Positions 25,706-37,749 of a DNA stretch of 64,000 bases are shown in pieces (the stretch's first letter is position 1; each line of letters begins with the position of its first letter). The notes under the pieces were generated by a model, which was given only the letters and a program-made list of their open reading frames with translations, searched no databases and had not been told where the DNA came from. A program made the translations under genes and the position numbers. The stretch is from Camelus ferus (Eukaryota), in the NCBI RefSeq assembly GCF_009834535.1, contig NC_045696.1:53136001-53200000 (forward strand), read 5' to 3'.

Positions 25706-25861
25706 AAATGCTATGGAAATGCCTAGGGATGGCACCGGATTCTTCAGCATAGGTGTGTTTGTGTGCGTGAAGAAGTAGGAGAAAAGTTAGAGAAAACAAG
25801 GAAATCACCTGAAGCATATCTTGCCTGATCTCAATTTTAAACAGAATGAGGATAAAAGGCA

Positions 25862-25990
25862 CTGAAGTGTCACCTGGGGTTTTGTTGTTGTTATTTGTTT
25901 GTTTGCTAATAGAGATGTCTGAGCCCCCATATTAGAGTTCTGGGAGAGGGCATTGAGCCTGGCAGTGTGTATTTTTACATATTCTAATTA
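25862..25990 (+). mobile_element. MER5-type fragment
   Basis: gtgtcacctggggttttgtt...agatgtctgagccccca...gagcctggcagtgtgtattttta. Confidence 0.5.
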
Positions 25991-26002
25991 TAAACCATAA
26001 AA

Positions 26003-26140
26003 TATATTCCTTGAGTTTTTCTTATATACCAGGCACTGTGCTCTACATTGGTAATACAAAGAGGAAAGGCTCAGCCCTTACTATCACGATGACTTTTGCG
26101 GATTTGCTGAGAGAGATCTATAAATAGACAACACAGGATG
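26003..26140 (-). mobile_element. L2 3' end fragment
   Basis: ttgagtttttcttatataccaggcactgtgctctacattggtaatacaaag. Confidence 0.6.
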
Positions 26141-26659
26141 GGGTAGGGTCCATAGGTACTATCAATCATAAATATAATTGTTGGTCTCTGAATGTTTATA
26201 AGCATATAAAATATAACACTTCTTTTGATCAGTATCTCCCTTGAGTTTCCATATTTGACTCCAGAACTGGACTTTAGACTAAGGTAAATGTGTGCTATTA
26301 ATTTTGATTATTTTGAAGTTGGGGACTATGTATATGTGACTTCTAGGCTAAGAATGATTGAGTCAGTGGGGGTAAAAGTAAACTCATAAGTAGATTCCCT
26401 CTTTAAGGAGGCCCCTGAGTTTAAGACTGAAAAAACACAATATAGTTGCTTCCTACACTTCCAGCATGGCCATGCCCACTTTTGACTTGACCAGGGAAAG
26501 TCAATTCACTTCATCATGATCACATGCTTCTTGTGCAGAAGGCACAACATGGAGTGTTACAACACAGGTACAGGTAAGACACTGACCTTGGGAAGATTTT
26601 AATTTAGGGTAATAGAGAAGAGTTTTGAATGGGAAATTAATACATGCACAGGGGTCAGG

Positions 26660-26870
26660 GCAGTGTAATGTGTTAGTGAGGGCATATGTGGGCTCTGGAC
26701 TCACGTAAAACTGAGTCTCCCCAACTTTCTGGTTGAGTGATTTTGAACAAGTTACTCTGCACTATAGAGCATATGTTCCCATATCTCTAAAATTGTGTTA
26801 ATGATAGTTATTACTTTATAAGACAGAGTTTCTGGTACACTGTTAGCATTCAATTAATAAATGATAGTTG
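26660..26870 (+). mobile_element. MIR SINE
   Basis: cagtgtaatgtgttag...gggctctggactcac...gtgattttgaacaagttact...tggtacactgttagcattcaattaataaatgatagtt. Confidence 0.7.
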
Positions 26871-26929
26871 CAGATTTCAGTATTAATATTGGGACAATCT
26901 TTAGATTTTAGTGAATGGACAATATTTCT

Positions 26930-27930
26930 GACCAGAAGATCTGAAAAGAATTATAATAGACAAAGATTAGATAGAAAAGTATCCCTGATAATAACAACAG
27001 AAAAGAGAAGAAGGGATATCAAAATCTAGGACACATTTGGGAAAGAATAAGTAGGTCACTGGGATGGGAAAGGAAATGGACATGTAAGCAGAAAGAAAGT
27101 ATAGTATAGGATACTGGGTTGATGGGATCCTAATAGAAGAGGACCTTAAATACGGTATTAATAGGAATAAGAGCCATTTTGTAAGCCATAAGGCTTTGAG
27201 CAGGAGGGAAAACATCAGATATGCCTGTAGGATGCCAACTCTGAAAGAAGCATGAAGGCTAAACGTGAGAGAATAGACTGTGGAATCTGGGGGACCCATT
27301 AGAAGACTGTGAAAGATGAGAAGGCTCTGAAATCAACATCTTCACCATCATTAACATTTCTATAATTACAACTGAATTTATTGAGCATTGCATGTGCCAA
27401 CTAATTTAAACTTGAACACAATCCTGTGGTATGGTTTACTATATGTCTAGTTCACAGATGAGAAAACTGAAGCACAGTGAGGCAACTTGTCCACGATCAT
27501 AGATGCAGTTAGTAGAAAGACAGGGATATAAAAGCCAAGGATATGCAACCAGTCAACTCTAGAGCTTGCAGTGTTGATCACCACATTATACTAAATCTTA
27601 GAGGGACAGAGGAAAAGAGAAGTAAAGGGTGGTGTCAAGATGATAGAATCAATATGACCAGGTAACTAAATTGGGTATGGGGAAATAGGAAAAAGGAGAT
27701 GCCAAAAATAGAGCAGATGTTTAGAGCTGGGGTAACTGGGATTTGGAGGTACCTTTAAAATATGAAATTTGGGGTGACAGTTTCTTTTTTGGTGGGAGGT
27801 TTGAAGAACCTGTTGCAGGTACCTGCTGGGGCATCCACGTAGATGTAAATGTGTGGTATTCGGAAACATTTGAAAATATAGATCTGTATGTTAGACAAGA
27901 GGGGAGAAGTAAAGGATGGGGTGGGAATGT
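26930..27930 (-). mobile_element. L2 LINE body, interrupted by a MIR
   Basis: Purine-rich antisense L2 motifs: gccataaggctttgagcaggagggaaaacatcagat; gatagaatcaatatgaccaggtaactaaattgggtatgggg; ggcatccacgtagatgt. Confidence 0.7.
27360..27593 (-). mobile_element. MIR SINE nested in L2
   Basis: atttattgagcattgcatgtgcca...ttcacagatgagaaaactgaagcacagtgaggcaacttgtccacgatcatag...actctagagc. Confidence 0.82.
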
Positions 27931-28399
27931 GTGTGCATGTGTGTGTAAGAAAGAGGGAGAGGGTATGGACTACATATTTCTTGCAAAGCTAAGCTAAATA
28001 ATTTTGGTTCCCAAGCTCTTTTTCTGTTAGCCTTCCACATTCCCTGAAACACCACCACCACCTTGCCACTAAAAAGCTAGGGAGGTGTCCAATATTATTG
28101 TCTAATTTAGTAATTTATAGCATAAATTAAAGGCTGGAAATTGAAGAAGGGGCTGCCATAGGACAGGAAGAAGAACATAAAATATTCTTACTTGTTAATG
28201 AGTCCTTATCACTTTCACAAAATGTGTATTTGAAGCTTCATAGTGTTGGTGATCTGACCTCTTCATAAGTTTCCCCTATACCTTTGCCAGTTCAAGCCCC
28301 GCAACAACGAAAGTGAAATCCTGTGCCAGTAGAAAATATTTTTCAGGTGACACAGGTGCCGAAGAATAGAATGTGAGAAGGCATGGTTTACAACCTCAC

Positions 28400-30615
28400 A
28401 GTAAAGTCTGAACATTTAAATTTTCCTCTTCCCCCTAAAATCCATTTGGAACTATCATTCTTGAATACATAAATATCCTTTTTATACTATGCACTTGTTT
28501 AGGATCTACCACTTCTAGACTGAAAAGTTCTACGAATTTAAAATTCTACCAAGGTGGAGCATCTTTTCATTTGTCGCCCAAATAACCTTTCTCAGTTTTC
28601 TGGGAATGTCCCATAATGCCAGAATATCATGCTGTATTAACAAATGGTGTCCTCACTAAGCACTTTCATGGTTTGATCCGATAAGCTCTCCTCTGAGTCC
28701 CACTCTTTCCCGGGTGGGATCCCATCCCTTTGGTCCTTTAAATTATTTACTCTCCACTTTCTGTGGCTCTACTTTGTCAAGTGCAGTTCAGCTGAACAAC
28801 AGCAGTGTTATGTTGTGTTTAGTTTTGAATTCCCATCTGATGTCACCCAAATTTGGATCATTTTACTGAAATCAAATTCAGACAGTATCAGTAGAAAATA
28901 CCATATAATGGCTTCCAGATGCCCTGTTATACTTTTGTTGACCCCTCACACTTGCCTATATGGAGTCTCACCTGTCCCTTCACTGACCAATCACAGCTTC
29001 TCTTGAGAGCTTCTTTCAGTTTATTCCCTTTGAGGTGGCATTTCACAGCCCTGGAAAGGCTGGCACTCACTATTTGGGAGAATTTACTAATTATTCCCTC
29101 TTTTGGATTTTTCACAAAAAGTATAATGTGTATAAATTTGTATTGAGCCAATTTTTTATGTTATCTTTATGTTTCATTCCCTATTTTCAAGTAGGATCCT
29201 GGTCCATATCAAAGGGACAAAATATTTTTCCAGTATGAATTTTCAAAGATTTTTTATGTGGTAAGTTAGAGAAATCCTAGTGGTTTTGCTATAAATTATT
29301 TCCATTTGTAGAAGCTGTACTACCTTTCCCCCAACAAAGGAGGATTTTTAAACAGTTGAGTCTTTTCATTTTCATGGCACCAGTAAGACCAATATGGAAG
29401 TAAGATAGCCAGTGATGTTGTCGTTATTTTATTTATTACTCTAAATGGAACACTAGTGCTGCTCAGAGATTTATTGACCTGTTTTATGAATAAAGGAAAC
29501 CAATATTTCAATCAGCTTTTCTGATCTTCCTGTTTTTTTCCTCCTAATTCCACTATTCTTACACTGACCTTCAAATGATACTTCAGGTTCCCTAAAAAAG
29601 TCTGTGTCTTGGAGTATAGGTCTAGTTGAGCCCCAGGCAGGTGTCTAACAAGGACTAGGCCATCTGACTGAGAGACATTTTTACTATTATATTTTGAGTA
29701 TCTCTCATGGGATCCTCCTAACGTTGATTTCCTGAACGTTTGGTGCTTGCTCTAGTTTGTTGATTGTCTAGTTCTTCTAATTGTTTTTCTCCCTCCCAAA
29801 GGTGTTTTGCTGTTGTTGTTGTCTTTCCTTCTAACAAAACACTCTTTCACTTGGCTCGTTATTCAGACAGCTTTTTTTCCCTTCACCAGCTCTTGGTCTT
29901 TTGATCCTCAAAAACCATCTATCCTGAATTTCCAATGAGGTATTTTAAATATTTTTGGGTTTCTTGTAGTTTATCTAACTTTGCAGATCTTCTATTTAAT
30001 TTTTTTTTCAATTCCCGGATTTTGGCAGTTTCCTCTCCTAGAGTTTTAATATCTGGGTGAGAGATTTCTTTGTTTTTCTCCTCTTCCTTTAGAAGTGTGT
30101 GTGTGTTTGTTCTGTTTTGTTTTCATACATTACACATATATCTCCAGCATCAGTTCTTATACAAATCTAAGGATCATCTCCAGACATTTCTTTTCCATGT
30201 GAGTTCTAAACACCTGTTGTAGAAGTAGTCCTTTATCCTATCTTATCATTTCCTATTTTTCCCCAATGTGTGTATTTAGACACTCCATATCCGGCCAACT
30301 CTTATCCCTTAGCATTGTTACTCATCCTTCTTTTATAGATTCTCTGTGTCCCTCCATATTTTAAAGTCACGCTTATTATTTTGGAGAGAAAACCTAGAGT
30401 GTGTGTCATATTTTATTATTTGAGTATTTTCAAGCACAGGGATTCTCTTGTATTGCTGTTTCCTTTGTACTATAGAGGGTTTCTACTCTGTTTCTGTTTA
30501 CCTTCCTTCATACACGATTCTTCAGACCTCTCTCTGTGACCTTACAGATTCCAAAGACTATAAGCATCATACATTATTGGTTATCTTTCCTCCTCAGCAC
30601 CCCCTGGTTTTAAAA
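28400..30615 (-). mobile_element. very ancient LINE ORF2 fossil (APE endonuclease + RT), L1-clade, Tx1-like signature
   Basis: Colinear decayed motifs on the minus strand: KTRG(V), EGR*, TLYSTK, RDFK (GDFN), LAxxWS, KYTHW, RIKDYF, SGDDP; then RT KFSQIVSASL, SVKGQ, IIWYFLLILSEFDFSKMIQIWV, NTAVVQLN, KG..WDP, HLL..HDIL, FSxLEV, FKCSD (FKYLG). Frameshifts are needed between motifs. Confidence 0.65.
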
Positions 30616-31524
30616 ACAGCTATCTCAACCAGTGTTTAACAGATGTTGAACATAGGGCAGTGCTTTAAAACAGTCTAATTATCTTTTGTCATTGCTTAGC
30701 AGTAAATGAATGTTCGAACTTTCTGATTCACTGTAGCGGCATTACTCCTTTCTAGGAACAATCATTTCTCTAGCCCACTCTTGCACTACACCCAAATCTT
30801 ATTTCTTAGCGCCTGAAAATGGAAGAGTTGTGGTGAAGGGTGAGAAAGGGGAAAAGGAAGCAGAAAAATCTCTCTAGTTTCTCCTTTAAAGAAAAGTAAT
30901 GATTTTCTCCCAGAAGGAAATCAAAGACTGCACGAAATGTCTACCCCTTTAAAAAATGTAAGCTGATTTATTTTAATGCCAGGAACTTTTATCCTTATAG
31001 CTTAAAGGCAAAGAATGAATGAAACGTAGAAAATGAAGAACATGTGACAGCATCAAAGAAGCAAAGCAAAGCTGGAGAATGTGTGTCTGGCTATGTCAGG
31101 CCAGGGTGGGCCTTTCTAGCAGACCATTAAGGCAATCTGGCTGCCAGCTGAAGTCTTTATGAAAGGGCAGAAAAGATCTATAAAGTCTTTTTGATGTTTT
31201 AAAGGAACCTCTCCTTTATACTTCCCCCTCCCTTTTCCCCTCATCATCCTGTCCCCACCAATGCCATCCCACTTGCAAGGCAAACCACAACCATCTGTAG
31301 AAGTGTTTTATGTTTTAGAGCATTTGGGTCTTGGCTTGATCTCTATCGTGAGGGATACTGGGGCATTTCTCATTTCTGAGGGGAGAAAATGGTGAACTGC
31401 TTGGGAGAACGGGTAAATGCTTCTAGGAGATATTGAGAGGTGGTGGTTAATCAGAGTGGAATTAATCAAGTCCTATTTACCTAATCAAGATAAGGATTAT
31501 CTCTTGAATAGACTTAATTACATC

Positions 31525-31630
31525 CCGTCGGCACCATTAGGATATCATGACAAATCCCTCATTTTATAAAGAGGTAATCGAGCTTCAAGGACTCACAGTT
31601 AGTCCAATGAAATTATAAGACTGCAATCCA
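31525..31630 (-). mobile_element. MIR3/MIRc fragment
   Basis: ttaggatatcatgacaaatccctcattttataaagaggtaatcgagc...ctcacagttagt. Confidence 0.5.
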
Positions 31631-33284
31631 TTTCTCCACATTCTCGCTTCTCATGCAGTATTCTCTCTCTCTTTACTGGCAGAAGACCACAGTTACCATC
31701 TCTATTCCTGCCTGCTCTTCCTCAGTATTTGACTTCCTCCGTCTGGAAAAACTGTTTGGCCAGCAGGGTTTGCATCAGCTGGATATGCCTCTAAGCATTC
31801 AAGGCTGTGGCTTTGAACAGAGCTGGGTTAGCACAGCAGGAAGATTCTATCATCCATGAAAGTATTGCTGGGGTGGGGGAAGAAGGGCAACTTTGGGTGA
31901 AAGGATGTTTGTAACTAACAATGTCCCCTGGGACAATAAAAGCCACAATGGAGTGTGAGGGGGTTAGCATGCCCTTACCCTGACCTCTGATTTCTCATAG
32001 TTCTAAATGTCTTCAACCCTGCTACCTTCTAGATCTACATCAACTCCTTGGGCCATTTCCCACTTTCTCTGTATTGCACTTGGTATGTAGGCAGTACCAT
32101 GCTGGTTTAGCTGGACATCCTGGTGAAGTACAGTGAAAAAGTGAACTGGCTTAGGGGAAACCCAAAACCTCCTGGATTCAAGCCCTAACTGCCAGTATTC
32201 ATCTCTGAAGCTCTGAGCACCTTACAGATAGAAATCTTGGCTAAGAAAGATGAAGTAAAATGGAAAGATTAGATTTCAGAACTTTAAAAGTATTTTTCGG
32301 TACAAATTTTCTTTAAAAACCAGGAGGTGGGGAAGGCAGCCTTTCCTTCCTTCTTTGCCTGGTGCCTACCCCCACTCTTCTTGCTCAGTTATTGTCTATT
32401 GTTTCAAAATGTCAACAGTGCATTTTTCAAAGTATCAAGGACTCAGCAGAAAATGAAAGTTTTGTATTCCTCCTATTCCCGTCCCTCTTGCGAGGAAATC
32501 TTCCTCCAGAGTTATTACACTGTAAGTTACTGAGTTATGAAACTTCCCTCTGACTCATTCAGCATCTTTCTTTCCCCAGTACACAGCTTCCCTTTAGTCC
32601 CTCCACACACACACCAAAGGTACATCACACCAGGACTTTTTCTTGTATAGTTACAGAAGTCACACTCTTACCTTTGCACACATTTTTCTATGCAAATCAT
32701 CCTAAGACATAAAAACAAGAGCCTCGGTGTGTTGGAGTTCCTTGTTGAAGTCAAACATCATACCCTCACATCTATAAATGCTCTCCTTGCCTTGGACACT
32801 TATTAGGGGACACGTTTGCCTCATTAATTACCCAGCTATGTACAAGGAAAGCAGATGTGGAACATCTATTGCCTCAGTAGGATCTCCTGTCAGATTCCCC
32901 AGGAATAGTTAACTCTGAGATTATCATAGGAGGTTCAATTGATTTGAGGTCTAATATGACACCCTAGAACATATTTAGGAATGCTTGACATCTGCATGTT
33001 TCCTGGGGCTCCCACGGGAGCCATTAATCTGTTCATCCTTACAGGATTTTAGCTGTTTCTCACTGGCAGCTGACAAAATTCACTCCATCCCATGACTTTC
33101 TAGGCCCCCTCCAGTCTGTCTGTGGAGTAAAATACAGTCTCTTTATCAGCTCTCAAATTCTTGCTTGCCTTGATAGATGCACAAGGACCCTTTTACTCTA
33201 ACCTACAAATTTCTTACTAACCCTCCCTAACAGACAGAAAATTTTAAAAAATAGAAAATATGCTGAGTTCATGCTCTCGGTCTG

Positions 33285-33420
33285 ATCTATTTATTGAGTT
33301 TCTACTCTATTCCAGGCATGGGGAATTCAAAAGTAAATGAGAAATAGCACCCTCCCTCCAAGAGGCTCCTAGTCTAACAGACAAAACTCACATATACTCA
33401 ACAGAGACTATGATAAAAAG
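33285..33420 (-). mobile_element. L2 3' end fragment
   Basis: tatttattgagtttctactctattccaggca...ccctccaagaggctcctagtctaa. Confidence 0.65.
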
Positions 33421-33529
33421 ATGAAAGCAGAATGGGGAAGACAGTTGAATGGACAGTTCCTATTATATTTAAAGCCAAAAATATTACAGAATTGAACACA
33501 GTGTTTGCAGTCTTTATCTACTGACTGAT

Positions 33530-34420
33530 TAATCATATATTTTATTTATTAATTCAATAGTCATTTCTGAAAATTTACTACATGCCAGCTTTATTCTAGG
33601 TACTGGAGGTAAATAATGAAGAAAACCAACTAATTTCCTAGTTTATCTTCTGGTGGAAGAAACTAATAATAAACAAATCAACATATAGTTTCAAGTCATG
33701 ATAAGTGCTATGAAGAAAAAGTGGATCCAAAAAAGAATAAAATAATGTCATTTGCAGCAACATGGATGGATCTGGAGATCATCATTCTAAGTGATGTAGG
33801 CCAGAAAGAGAAAGAAAAATACCATATGATATCGCTTATATCTGGAATCTAAAAAAAGAAAACACAAATGAACTTATTTACAAAATAGAAACAGACTCAC
33901 AGACATAGGAAAAAAACTTATGGCTACCCGGTGGGGGAAAGGGGGGTGTCAAGGGATAAATTGGAAGTTTGAGATTTGCAAATATTAACTACTATATATA
34001 AAATAGATAAACAATAAGTTTTTCTATATAGCACAAGGAACTATATTCAATATCTTGTAGGAACCTTTAATAAAAAGGAATATGAAAAATATATGTAAAT
34101 ATATGTATGACTGAAACATTATGCTGTACACCAGAAATTGACACATTGTAAACTGACTATACTTCAATTAAGGAAAAAAAAAAAAGAAAAAAGAAAAAGT
34201 GGATCCAAATTGCTGTCTGGTCCGTGAAGTCTTCTTTGAGGAGACGACGTTATAGTGGAGGCCTAATGAAGTACAGTAGAGAGAGTGAGGGGCTGGTACA
34301 AGAGGAGAATTTTCCTGGTATAAGGAGGAACAATAGTCACATTTCTGAGGTGAGGATGATGTTGGCTGTTTGAGGATTATGAAGAAATCCTGAGTGGATT
34401 GAGCAGAGCCTCTTGATTGG
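33530..34420 (-). mobile_element. L2 LINE, split by a young L1
   Basis: catttctgaaaatttactacatgccagctttattctaggtactgga...gataagtgctatgaagaaaaa, then after the L1 gaagtcttctttgaggagacgacgt...ctgaggtgaggatgatgttggctgtttgagg. Confidence 0.75.
33713..34209 (+). mobile_element. young 5'-truncated L1 with poly(A) tail and 19-bp target-site duplication
   Basis: L1 end (atttgcagcaacatggatggatctggag...accagaaattgacacattgtaaactgactatacttcaatt + A-tail). The perfect direct repeat aagaaaaagtggatccaaa lies at 33713-33731 and 34191-34209. Confidence 0.95.
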
Positions 34421-34999
34421 CCACGATGGGAGTATTAAACCATGGAAACTGGCCAACGCTGTAAGTCAGGGTTTCCCTGGTATGGGGCTACATTCAGGAA
34501 ACATGCTGTCTGGGCACTGCCACAGATCCGGAGCAGAAGCCTACTTCTCAGACCTCCAGAACCATCTCTGTTCCAGAGAAAATCTCCAACAGAGATGGAC
34601 AGTCACAGAGCCTCAGCTCTGTAACCACAATGCCTGGAAACTTCTAAAGCTGTTTTGGTCCATGGTAGAAGGAAAAAATAGAAAAAGCCCTCAGAGGCAT
34701 TTTGATACAGGTTTTTAAATGGCCTATATATTTTAGAAGGAGACATGACAACCCCCTTTTTATCAATGCAGAACCGCAGTTTGCCTTCTCTATTTTTTGT
34801 TCAATGAGGTTACATCAGATACACTGCATGTAAATATTAAATACAAGAGAGAGGACACAAAGAAACTGAACAGAGGACAAAATAATTATTTCATGGTTTA
34901 AAATACTGAGAAGGGTTCCTAGAGACAATGAGTATCAAGCAATGCGAGATTAAAAAAACCAAACACCAGGATGAGCCTCAGGTGCAATCATAGAAGCAT

Positions 35000-35022
35000 A
35001 CACACACACACACACACACACA
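35000..35022. repeat. (CA)n microsatellite
   Basis: About 11 CA units. Confidence 0.92.
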
Positions 35023-35878
35023 AAATGCATTAAAAGATCTCTACTTTATAAATCTTCGTAAGTCGGCTAGATGATCTCCCTACCCACAACTCAGATTCCT
35101 AGGACTATGCAACTGTCACCCAAGAGACTGAAACAATTATATATGATACCTAATTAAACATCCATACTTCCAGTGACTGGCAGATTTACCTTCTTTTTCC
35201 CCCTTTATATTAGAGGCAGCCCAGAGATAAAACCTTCAAGTTATGAGTAATTATACCCTGCTGAGAAAAGTGATGGAGTGCTACACTCAGAAGGACTTAT
35301 CAAGCCCTGAAATTGTGGAGTCAACACTTAAGACTTTTTTTTTTTATTATTATTTTCCCCCACACTAACAGTTTCTCAGCTTGTTCCCAGAGGGAGATAA
35401 ACAAACAGTGTGTACCTGCATTTTAATGGAAATTAACAGGACTGGCTCATTGACTTTTTACTGCACTGGCTTCATATTTCCAAACCAGAGGGATACGTGA
35501 AAAGTACATGTGTCATGGACAGTGGAAAGCTACAAGGCAGGTAATATTTTCTGTTATTATGGGGGGGGGGTGGCATAACTGAGATCATAACATTTTGTAA
35601 ACAGAACTTAACAGCTAGAATACTCTTTTAGAAGGTGCTAGATAATGGGCAAGCTGCTAGATGCCTTCTGAGGCTCATATTAAATTAGATGCCTTCCTAC
35701 CTTGGGTACCTTCAGTGGAGAAAAACACAAGAACCAAGCACCACTGGCCTTCCATGAGCAGTGCTCATCCTAGCTTCAATATGGGCTACCTGGCAGCATT
35801 GCTTAAGGCTGGAACAGGATGGCTGAGTTTATTTTTCTAAGATAGAATGTTTTTCCTGGGCTCAATGGAAATTTAAAC

Positions 35879-36065
35879 CATAGATTCTTAAACTTGAGAC
35901 TGCATAAGAATCAGCCATTGGACTTGTTAAAATGCAAATTCCTAGACTCCATACACAGAGACTGTTTTGATGGGTTTGGGATGAGAATCAGGAATCTGCA
36001 TTTTAATAAGCCAGCACTCTAGTTCTGATGAACTGGTCTAAGGGGCACACACTGAGAAACAGTAT
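35879..36065 (+). mobile_element. MER5A/MER5A1 hAT-Charlie MITE, near full length
   Basis: ttcttaaactt...tgcataagaatca...cttgttaaaatgcaaattcct...caggaatctgcattttaataagc...ttctgatg...ggtct...cacactgagaaaca. Confidence 0.85.
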
Positions 36066-36544
36066 ATAAACAGGTTTTAGGAAGTCTGTGAATTCCTGAT
36101 AGTGAATGAAATAGTTATTGTGTGAATTCTCATGACCACACATTTTGGGGGGATTCCTAAATAGGTCTGCAGTCCAAGGAAGGTTAACAACCTTGGGGAG
36201 ACAAAATGATTTGAGCAGCTGGGGATACCACTTAAATTCTGGATACCAACCAGCCTCACTGAGTCCCATGGTCAACCAGGCAGCTTAGCTTGAGAAATGG
36301 AACCGATGTCTCCATGGTCTGGTTTCTTGTTTTAGCTACTCTGGTCTGAACCTGGCTTTCTGCGTTGTCTCATTTTCCCAACATTCCTGCGGGATATTTC
36401 TCTAAGTAGCCAATGACATATTTCAGGGCTTTTCAGGGGCCTCTAAGGACGTATTTTCTAAACTATGAAAATTTTTAGAAAGTATGGTAAATGTTAAAAA
36501 TGTTCAAACCACGTCTCTGGATCCTGTTCAGTCATACCCTGATT

Positions 36545-36725
36545 ATTTGGTTCAGGAATCAGGTTTAACTCCTGCATCACTTACTTATACATTATGAACT
36601 TGCTGTGTGATATCCAGTTGCATAATATCCACAGGCCCTAGCTTTTTTAATCTGTAAAACAGAGTCAAAAATATCTGTTTAATTTCTGAATCACTGTGAG
36701 GAAAGATGAGATGACAGACATGAAC
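36545..36725 (+). mobile_element. MIR fragment
   Basis: cttgctgtgtgat...ccctagcttttttaatctgtaaaacagag...ctgtgaggaaagatgagatgaca. Confidence 0.6.
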
Positions 36726-37749
36726 TTAAATTTTTAAAAAATATTCTATTATGGGAAGATTTTTTGGGGGGTGGGTAACAAAAACATGAGCATGGCTTCC
36801 ACGACTTGATGACTGTTAGAACTATGAGAACACATGACATTAGATGAAGTATTAATATGATAATTCATGAACTAAACAAAGGCTTTATCAGAGACTTTCT
36901 GATTGTTCCTCTCAGTGAGAGGTGGCTTAAGAAACACCTTTTCGCTATGGTGGTAACACAGGGATGAACCTCGGTTGGAAGGAAATGGAACAAGAGTATG
37001 TATAGGATGAAATATCAGATATCTGTTCCAGACCCTAGCATCCAATCTTCTTCTTTTTAATCATCAGCCTCTCTACCCAGCCACCCTCATCACTTCTCTA
37101 AAATTTTCAAACATTTCCAGTAAACCTTTCCTTCCTTTTCATCTCTTTGCCTGAGGTTTTTTTGTTTGTTTGTTTGTTTGTTTTCAATTTCACTCTCTTT
37201 ATCTTTATTTCTCAATATGTTGGGGGGTGAAATTGGAGAGAATGAGTTGGAAAAGACGAAGGCATATGAAAATATTGCCAATAAGTGACACCTGGAAAGA
37301 TGGAAAATTAAAGAAGAGAATTAAGTGCATGAGTCAGCAAGAGCAGGCAAATGAACAGTTTCTCTCCTCCATCATTTCCAGCATTTCTGCTACAACTTTG
37401 GTAATGGTTCTGTGTCATTCTCCTCTGGTTTTCAGGGGTGTTTGTTTGTTTATGAAGCAATCAAGATACTGGAATAGGTGATCATTAAGAACCGTTTCAG
37501 CTCTGAAAGCCTGGCTGATGAACAAAGCTGTCTCAGCCAGAGACTAATTTCCAGCCTACTTTCTTTTACCTAGTAAATGTAATAGGTAAACTAAATGTTA
37601 TACTAGTATTAGAAGTGTTTCCACTACCATTTAATTCGATAACTTTTGTAGTGATATGCCAACCACCGCACTGTGACAGAATAAACCCCATGGTATAGTT
37701 TCTTGTGCAATTAGAATTGAGGGTGAGGGTGATGTTAAAATCTTTTTAT

